Shown here piece by piece: positions 51,300 to 59,695 of a DNA stretch of 59,695 nt. The stretch covers positions 105,811,461 to 105,871,155 of the forward strand of contig NC_057718.1 of NCBI RefSeq assembly GCF_004010195.1. Reading direction: 5' to 3'. This DNA comes from Chiloscyllium plagiosum. Taxonomy: Eukaryota. The position numbers and the translations under genes were made by a program. Every line of letters starts with the position of its first letter. Within the stretch, counting starts at the first letter, position 1. The notes under the pieces are model-generated. The model made no database searches. It was not told the origin of the DNA and saw only the letters and a program-made list of their open reading frames with translations.

Positions 51300-51865
51300 G
51301 ACAAAGTCTTTTCCCTGGGTCAATGAATCCAGAACTAGATGGCATAGGTTTAGGGTGAGAGGGAAAAGATATAAAAGGGACCTAAGGGGCAACTTTTTCA
51401 GAGGGTGGTATGTGTAAAGAATGAGCTGCCAGAGGAAGTGGTGGAGGCAAGTACGATTGCAACATTTAAAAGACATCTGGATGGGTATATGAATAGGAAA
51501 GGTTTGGAGGGATATGGGCCCGGTGCTGGCAGGTGAGACTTGATTGGGTTGGGATATCTGGTCAGCATGGACCTCTGTGTGAAGTTTGCACGTTCTCCCC
51601 GTGGCTGCGTGGGTTTCCTCCAGGTGCTCCGGTTTCCTCCCCCAGTCCAAAAATGTGCAGGTTAGGTGAATTGGCCATGCTAAATTGTCCGTAGTGTTAG
51701 GTGAAGGGGTAAACGTAGGGGAATGGATCTGGGTGGGTTACTCTTCGGAGGGTCAGTGTAGACTTGTTGGGCCAAGGGGCCTGTTTCCACACTGTGAGTA
51801 ACCTAATCTAATCAAGTTGGACCGAAGGGTCTGTTTCCGTGCTGTACATCTCTATGACTCTGTAA
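51300..51865 (+). mobile_element. Young CR1 3' end with a 5'-truncated HE1 SINE nested at 51573-51813
   Basis: CR1 tail split as gtcagcatggac | aagttggaccgaaggg around a V-domain and (aatct)n. Confidence 0.9.
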
Positions 51866-51919
51866 CTCCTGGTTAACTATTAGATTTAACACGTGACTCA
51901 GCAACGACCACAAGATGCA

Positions 51920-53425
51920 TTAGAAAAATTAAATGGGACTGAAAGTGGACAAAGTCCCGGGATCTGATGGCCTATGGAGTGTTGAAGGATTTGGCTACAG
52001 AAACAGTTGATATACCTTTCAAAATTCTAATAATTCTGCAATGGTGTCTACAGATTGAAAGGTTACAAATATAACGCCACTGTTTAACAAAGATGGAAGA
52101 GAGAAAGCAAGGAGCTATTGACACCATTAGTAGGGAAAATACTGGAATCTATTATTTAGGAAAGAGGGAGTGCAATGGAGATTCACCAGACTGATTTCTG
52201 GGATGGTGGGTCAGTCCTACAAGGAGACATTGAGGAGAATGGGCCTGTATTCCCTGGAATTTAGTAGAATGATGGGTAATTTGTTTGGAAACATACAAAA
52301 CTTTTAAAGGAATAGACAGAGAAGTTACAGAAAAGATGGTTGCCCTAGACTGATGTCTGTGTTGTGGGAACACAATAAAAGACAAACTATTTAGGACAGT
52401 GATGAGAAGGAATTTGTTCATTAAGAAAGTGATGAATTCTCTACACCAGAGGCAATGGGACCTCAATGATAAAACAGGTTCCAAGACAAACTTCAAGACA
52501 GATTTCTAGTTACTAACAACATCAAAACATATGGGAGGAGTGACTGAATATGGTATTGAAAGATGATGAGTCTGATGCTGAGAGATGATCAGCTATATTA
52601 TAGAGTCATAGAGATGTACAGCATGGAAACAGACCCTTCGGTCCAACCTGTCCATGCCGACCAGATATCCCAACCCAATTTAGTCCCACCTGCCAGCACC
52701 CGTCCCATATCCCTCCAAACCCTTCCTATATATTCTAGAATGAAACAGCAGGACTGAGGGACTGAATGGCCTACTCCTCCTGCTATATTCTTAGGTTACA
52801 TGATACATTGAACATTGATACATTGAAGTTATGTAATGAATCATTATGCCCGTTTCCACCTGCATGAGTTATTGGGTGCATTTACATTAAATCATTAATA
52901 TATACAGAATTTTTTATTTATACATATTAGTGTCATACAGCACTGAAACAGCCCTTCAGTCTAAACAGTCCATAATCCCAAACTAAACTAGTCCCAATTT
53001 CCAGCGCTTGGCCCATTTCCCTCCAAACATTTTTTATTCACGTACGGACCTAAATTCCTTTTAAACGTTATAACTGGACCTGCATCCACTTCCTCTGGAA
53101 GTTCATTCCACACACAAACTACTGTGTAAAAAAATTACCTCATGTCTTTTTTTTAAAACTTTCTCCTCTCACCGTAAAAGTATGCCCCCTAGTCTTGAAA
53201 TCTCCCACCCTAGGGAAAAACACCTTATCTATACCTCCATGATTTAATAAACTTCTATAAGGTCACCCCTCAACCACCTACGCTCCAATGGAAAATGTCC
53301 CAGACGATCTAGCGTCTCCTTGCAATCAAACCCTCCATTCCCAACACCTTGGTAAATCATTTCTGAATCCTCTCCAACTTAATAATCCTTCCTATGTCAG
53401 GGTGACCAGAAATGGACAGGGTACT
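51920..53425. mobile_element. Old CR1 (plus 51920-52790) with a young tail (52600-52730, minus), then a CR1 3' end (52927-53425, minus)
   Basis: aaagtcccgggatctgatgg (KVPGSDG); agagtcatagagatgtacagc tail; homology to 43345-43680. Confidence 0.8.
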
Positions 53426-53449
53426 CTAGAACCTACGGTGGACCTATTC

Positions 53450-54585
53450 CGTCACACAACACACCCAATGGCCTCCTTCTTCAAAGACCACAATTTCTCC
53501 TCCCACGTGGTCAATAAAGCCCTCCAGCACATCTCATCCACTACCCGCATCTCCTCCCTCGAACTCCACCCTTCCAACTGCAACAAGGACAGACCATCCA
53601 CCAGTCCTCACCTTCCACCCCACCAACTTCCGAACACATCATATTATCCTCCACCATTTCCGCCACCTATAAACAGACCTCACTACCCCTAACTGCGTTC
53701 CGTAAAGACCATTCCTTCCGCAACTCTCTTGTCAGGTCCATGCCCCCACCAACTCACTCTCCCCTCCCGGTATCTTCCCCTGCCACCGCAACAATTGCAA
53801 AACCTGCACCCATCTGTCAGAGATTTACCTGCATTTCCACACACGTCATTTACTGTATCGGTTGTTCTCAATGCAGTTTCCTCTACATTGGGGAGACAGG
53901 ACTCCTACTTGCGTAACACTTCAGAGAACATCTGCGGGACACATGCACACAGAAACCCCACTGCCCTGTGGCTGAACACTTTAACTTACACCCCCCACTT
54001 CCCCAAGGACATGCAGGTCCTGGGCCTCCTCCATTGTCAAACCCTTACCACCGGCTGCTTGGAGGAAGAATGCATCAGCTTCCGTCTTGGGACAATCCAA
54101 CCACATGGGATCAATGTTGATTTCACCAGTTTCCTCATTTCCCCTCCCCCCACCTTATCCCAGATCCAACCTTCTAACTTGGCACCGCCCTCTTGACCAG
54201 TCCTCCTTCCCATCTATCCGCTCCACCTTCCTCTCCCACCCATCATTTCCTATGGTGATGTCATTTCCTGTTCTTTTTCTCTGGGAGTGATAAATGGGAT
54301 CCAAATCAATGAGTTTGTTGATAGAGTTCTGGTTGGAATGCCATGCTTCTAGAAGTGACATCACCATAGAAAACAATGTCACCACAGGAAACGACATCGC
54401 CAAACCAAGGAAACCCAAACATATCAATAGAAAACGGGCTACATCACCAATGCTTCATTCGGAGGCTCATTGAAGATGTTACCTAGTATGGTGATGAAAC
54501 ATCTGAAAATGAACCTTCCAGCTCAGTGAGCAAACCAACATCCAGAACCTCAACCTGAGCTATAAACCTTCTCAAAATACGCTAA
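53450..54585. mobile_element. PLE family D-type fragment (53450-54243, plus) followed by PLE family B pieces in both orientations (54243-54585)
   Basis: ORF 53729 LLHCQTLTTGCLEEECISFRLGTIQPHGIN; ORF 54155 LEAWHSNQNSINK; degenerate hammerhead at 54468-54506. Confidence 0.82.
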
Positions 54586-55079
54586 TATAAATAAATCTCC
54601 AGCCCCACTAACACAATGTGACCTAAAGTACTGACTTCGCATATGATTGCAAGGAAAATAGACTTGTTAAATGATAGCTCCTTTCCTAAAAGGTCTTCAC
54701 AAAGAGAATTTGGGTAGTCTAAATGTTGTTCTAGAAGCTGTGCACCCACAACCAAATCAGAGGAAATGGCACATGATCAGTTTTCTAGATTTGGATCTAT
54801 ATTTGACTTGTCAGTAAATCATTGCATGAGTGCAGAAAATATACAGAAGAGAAATAGGCCATTCTTTCCAAACAAGCCATGCTGATGAATAAGCTCTGTT
54901 TGCACTGCTCTAATCTTTTCTCATTTAGATCAATCATATTCCTTTATTCCCTACTCCCTCATATGCTTTTCTGATTTCTACCTAAACTTGCTCCAACCAA
55001 TGTTTCATATCCTCTGCTGAACATGTTTCTTCAGAGTACTTTTTGAATTTCTTAGTGCCCAACTTATACTAATAGACTA

Positions 55080-55905
55080 GGTGAAAGTGAGGACTGCAGA
55101 TGCTGCAGATCAGAGTCAAAAAGTGTGGCGCTGGAAAAGCATAGCAAGTCAGGCAGCATCTGAGGAGCAGGAGAATCGACAATTCTGATGAAGGGCTAAT
55201 GCCTGAATTGTGGCAGGCAAGGGGTCTGAGAGATAATGGGGGAGGGGAGGTGAGGAAACTGGTGAAATTGACATTGATGCAGTGTGGTTGGAGGGTCCCA
55301 AAGCGAAAGATGAGGCATCCTTCCTCCAGACATCGAGTGGCTTGGATTTGGCAGTGGAGGAGAACCAGGATTTGCATGTCCTTGGCGAAGTGGGAGGGGA
55401 AGTTGAAGTGGTCAGCCACAGGGCGGATGGGGTTGTTTGATGCTTGTCGCCCAAAGATGTTCCCTGAAACATTCCATGAGTTGGCATCCTGTCTCCCCAA
55501 TATACAGGAGACCACATTGAGAGCAACGGACACAGTAGATGGGGTGATTGGATGTGCAGGAAAATCTCTGCTGGATGTGAAAAGATCCTTTGGGGCCTTG
55601 AATGGAGGTGAGAGGGGAGGTACGGGCGCAGGGTTTACACCTCTTGCAGTGGCAGGGGAAGGGGAAAGGTGCCAGGAGTGGAGGGTGGGTTGGTGGGGGG
55701 TGTGGACCTAATTAGGGAATCGCGGAGGGAATGGTCTCTGCAGAATGCTGATAGGGGTGGGGAGAGAAGTATATCTCTGGTGGTGGGGTCTGATTGAAGA
55801 TGGCGGAATTGACGAAAGATAATGCACCGTATCCAGAGATTAGCTCCTGGTCCTCAGATACTGCTAACCCGCTGTGCTTTACCAGCGCCACACTTTTTGA
55901 CTCTT
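55080..55905 (-). mobile_element. PLE family D with GIY-YIG region and inverted terminal pieces
   Basis: Minus strand IYCVRCSQCGLLYIGETG and VADHFN...LEEGCLIFRFGTLQPH; 55100-55165 is inverted relative to 55850-55905. Confidence 0.85.
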
Positions 55906-55924
55906 CTATTGATAGACTCCAAGA

Positions 55925-56878
55925 ACTGAATCCACTCAACACTGGAACCCCCCCAAAGGTGCGTACTCAGCCCCCTACTGTACTCACTGCATACCCATGA
56001 CTGCATCACCAAATACCAGACTAATGCCATTTACAAGTTTGCTGATGACACCACCATAGTTGGGCGAATTTCAGATGGTGACAAAACAGACTACAGATGG
56101 GATGTGGAAGACCTAGAAAAATGGTGCTATCAATGCAGGCAAAACCAAGGAACTCATTATTGACTTTCAGCGGGATGTTACTCATGCCCCCCCACCCACC
56201 CCCCACACACACACACACACATTGACAGCACAGAGGTCGAACGAGTGGAAAGTGTTAAGCTCCTGGGAGTGGTCATCCACAACAAGCTTTCTTGGACTCT
56301 TCATGTGGACACACTGGTTACAAAGGCCCAACAATATTTCTTCTTCCTCAGGCAGCTGAGGAAATTTGGCATGACAGCGAATACCCGTGTCAACTTTTAT
56401 AGGTGTGCCATTGACAGCATTCTTTCTGGATGTACTACTACTTGGTATGGCAACTGTACCATTCAAGATCGGAGACGGTTACTCAGAGTGGTGAACTCGG
56501 CCCAGACAATCACAAAGGCCAACCTCCATCTACCAGGCCCGCTGTCAAGGAAAGGCCGCCAGCATTCTCAAAGATTAATCCCAACATGGCAATGTTTTTC
56601 TACAACCTCTACCATCGAGGAGAAGGTACAGAAGCCTGAATACATGCACCAGCCGGTTTCATAACAGTTTCTACCCTACTGTTGTTAGAATATTGAATGG
56701 AATCACAAATTCTTAACATTCTCCTGGACCAGTGATTTTGTTTTTGCTGCTGTTTACCTTTTATTTACTATCTAAGCTACTTAACTATGTGATCTGCCTG
56801 TATTGCTCGCAAGACAAAGCTTTTCACTGTGCCTTGGTACACTTGACAATAAATTCAATTCAAATTCAAATTCAAGTC
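55925..56878 (+). mobile_element. Rex1/Babar-like LINE, RT 3' half and tail
   Basis: VLSPLLYSLHTHDC...YKFADDTTIVGRI; ORF 56245 KAQQYFFFLRQLRKFGM...FYRCAIDSILSGCTTTWYGN; tail aataaa(ttcaaa)n. Confidence 0.88.
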
Positions 56879-56879
56879 A

Positions 56880-58440
56880 ATCAATCAACTTGGTATCATC
56901 TTGTAAATCCTCACCCTACACCCTCTTAAGAGCCCCAACATCAGTTTATAATATGGTGACCAGAACTATGTGCAGTACTCTAAGTGGCATCCAACCAAAC
57001 TGCAAGATTTTACGTAACTTTCCCATTTTAGAACTTTATCTCTAGAAATAAAGTTTGGATCTCCCTTTTTCTTTAAGGCCTTACTCACCCATGCTACATC
57101 TTTTAAAATGGCCTGTGTATATTTACTCAAAACCCTTTTGTCTTATACTCAAGACTTAAACCTTGCAAGTGATAAGTCACCTCCTTGTTCAACCTACAAA
57201 AACATACTAGCTCATTTACCTGCTTTGAACTTAATTTGCCAATTTGTCTATTTGTAAATTTAACAACCTCTTATAATCTGAAGTTCTCAGCATAAACTAT
57301 TTTCTGCCCCTCCCTAAATCTAGGTGTCATCATGAATTTAGAAATTGTTTTCAATTCCAAAGTCTAAATCATTATTGCTGAAAAAGTGTTGCTGGAAAAG
57401 CGCAGCAGGTCAGGCAGCATCCAAGGAGCAGGAGAATCGACGTTTCGGGCATGAGCCCTTCTTCAGTAATCTGAAGAAGGGCTCATGCCCAAAATGTTGA
57501 TTCTCCTGCTCCTTAGATGCTGCCTGACCTGCTGCGCTTTTCCAGCAACACATTTGCAGCTCTGATCTCCAGCATCTGCAGTCCTCACTTTCTCCTCTAA
57601 ATCATTATTGCAAATTATAAACAGCAATGATACTTCCCACCATCTTGTGATCTGAATAACCCCATTTGACTCCTACTCTCTGCCTTAAATTCAGCCAGAA
57701 ATCCATTCACTTACTTGTTTGCCAACTCCACATTTTCAGAACTTATTCATTAGTCTATCATGGTCTATCTTAGCAAATGCCTAGTCCAGATAAATTGCGC
57801 TTGCTGCATTCCTGTTATCTACTCTCACTTATCTCCTAAAATTTAATACAATTAAACAAGATTTTCCCTTCTGAAATCCATGCTGACTACTCATTGTATT
57901 ATTTGTCGTCTCTAGACATTCTTCTGTTCTTTTGCTTTGTCGGGTTACTATTATTTTCCCTTACCAATGATAAAATGACTGGTCTGTAAAGCCCTTAACA
58001 CATTCTATCGCTATTCTTAAATATCAGAACTGCAGCAGCTATCTTCCATTCCTCTAGCACTACACTTTTTCTCATAACTAATTATTCAGGACTCCATATT
58101 ACACTTATTAGCAAAATCGCAGTGTATGAGATAAAAGGAAGTGTGTGGGTGCAGTATTGGTCAAGGGGTAGAAAACAGAGTTATGGTAAGGGCTATTTTT
58201 CAAACTGCAGTGAGGTGTACAGTGGAGTTTCCCTATAGATCTGCACTAGGACCACTGCTATCTTTGATACATATCAATGACTTGGAATTGGAAACACAGG
58301 ATGTATATGCATATTGTAAATGCATATTGTACAGTGTAAAACTCTAAGGAAGAACATAAAACAGTTAAAGTCACTCATGGAATAGGTAGTCATAAGGCAG
58401 ATGTAAATCAATGGGGAAGATAGTAAAGTATAACTGGTTT
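56880..58440. mobile_element. Old CR1 fragments (minus 56880-58070, plus 58090-58440)
   Basis: ggtgaccagaactatgtgcagtactc; ORF 58141 SALGPLLSLIHINDL. Confidence 0.72.
57379..57595. mobile_element. 217-bp palindromic PLE family D mini-element, 16-bp TSD
   Basis: tctaaatcattattgc at 57363-57378 and 57596-57611; ~90-bp inverted arms around a taat loop (57467-57470). Confidence 0.9.
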
Positions 58441-58544
58441 CAATACAACTAGATGCAAACCCAGTACTTCATATGATGCGATTAAGAGTTAGCATATAAA
58501 TGATGAAGAGGGGGGAACCAAAGGCTATACTTGTAAGAGCCAGT

Positions 58545-58730
58545 AGAATGGAATATCTACAATGTGAAAGCAGTCCATTCAGTGCAACAGGTCCACAAAG
58601 CCCCTCCCAAGAGCATCCCACCCAGACCCATCCTCTCCCTGTAACCCTGCATTTCCTATGGCTAATCCACCTAGCCTGCACATCCCCATACACTATGGGC
58701 AATTTAGCATGGCCAATCCACCTAACCTTA
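58545..58730 (-). mobile_element. HE1 SINE 3' half
   Basis: ggcaatttagcatggccaatccacctaacct; homologous to 15168-15360. Confidence 0.8.
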
Positions 58731-58867
58731 CAGCTAACCACAATCATTTTCATCACAGATAGCTCTAAAATCTTAAAACAATGGAGTAACTGCAAAGCAA
58801 ATGGCTCCCTCTTTACAAAGTTTCCATCAACTCTCTATAGAAAGAGCACTCTGTAGTACTATTACAG

Positions 58868-59695
58868 ATTCTGGATCAGTGGTGCTGGAAGAGCACAGCA
58901 ATTCAGGCAGCATCCGAGGACAGGCATTTTAAAAGTTGCATTCTCGGGTTAGCTGTTAACAATGGTGATAGCTGGACAATATGTTGAAGGTTCTGGATCA
59001 GTGGTGCTGGAAGAGCACAGCAGTTCAGGCAGCATCCAAGGAGCTTTGAAATCGACGTTTCCCGCAAAAGCCCTTCATCAGGAATAAAGGCAGAGAGCCT
59101 GAAGCGTGGAGAGATATGCTTGAGGAGGGTGGGGGTGGGGAGAAAGTAGCATAGAGTACAATAGGTGAGTGGGGGAGGAGATGAAGATGATAGGTCAGGG
59201 AGGAGAGGGTTGAGTGGATAGTTGGAAAAGGAGCTAGGCAGGTCGGACAAGTCCGGATCGGTCAAGGGGAGAGTGCGGTCTGGAAGTTTGAAACTAGGAT
59301 GAGGTGGGGGAAGGGGAAATGAGGAAGCTGTTGAAGTCCACATTGATGCCCTGGGGTTGAAGTGTTCCGAGGCGGAAGATGAGGCGTTCTTCCTCCAGGC
59401 GTCTGGTGGTGAGGAAGTGGCGGTGAAGGAGGCCCAGGACCTCCATGTCCTCGGCAGAGTGGGAGGGGGAGTTGAAATGTTGGGCCTTCCACATCCATCA
59501 AAGTTTTACCTGCAAATCCACTAACATCATTTATTGTATCCGTTGCTCCCGAGGCGGTCTCCTCTACATTGGGGAGACTGGACACCTCCTAGCAGAGCGC
59601 TTTAGGGAACATCTCCGAGACACCCGCACCAATCAACCAAACCGCCCCGTGGCACAACATTTCAACTCCCCCTCCCACTCTACCGAGGACATGGA
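58868..59695 (-). mobile_element. PLE family D-type 3' end (minus to ~59484) with a duplicated terminus and an inverted GIY-YIG segment (plus, 59485-end)
   Basis: ORF 59294 AQHFNSPSHSAEDMEVLGLLH...LEEERLIFRLGTLQPQGIN; plus strand IIYCIRCSRGGLLYIGETG; ttctggatcagtggtgctggaagagcacagc at 58869 and 58991. Confidence 0.9.

Noticed and set aside
52801..52830. Small tandem duplications (tgatacattgaa x2; also ~2931 and ~24344)
   Set aside because: Ordinary slippage-type micro-duplications with no further structure.
40708..57595. Two TSD-flanked PLE mini-elements both measuring 217 bp
   Set aside because: Different families with different internal layouts, and boundaries depend on TSD microhomology; treated as coincidence.
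22544..59695. EHBP1 ATG exon or promoter
   Set aside because: Not found by eye, and no CpG island is evident; it probably lies beyond the window end.

Overview
Eukaryotic, repeat-rich genomic DNA, almost certainly from a cartilaginous fish (shark). It is dense in CR1 LINEs, HE1-type V-SINEs, Deu-domain SINEs, Penelope-like elements (PLEs) and a Rex1-like LINE; the taxon is inferred from the repeat families. The only host gene I can support is EHBP1 on the minus strand: three consecutive coding exons (22486-22543, 21293-21388, 19903-19956; 58/96/54 nt) encoding part of the N-terminal NT-C2 domain. I did not find the neighbouring exons, so most of the window is probably intronic. Most long ORFs in the track are retrotransposon fragments. 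The most notable hidden structure is that the terminal remnants of at least four different PLE families each carry a minimal hammerhead-ribozyme motif (CUGANGA - stem II - GAAA - palindromic 2-bp stem III - UH). Stem II is a different but paired sequence in each family, and one family has a compensatory U3-A8 core. Several sit in tiny TSD-flanked or hairpin insertions, and several lie in the sense of the EHBP1 pre-mRNA. There is also a perfect 189-bp templated duplication inside a rearranged CR1. Repeat boundaries were read by eye and are approximate unless TSDs are quoted; consensus and human comparisons are from memory, not from a search.
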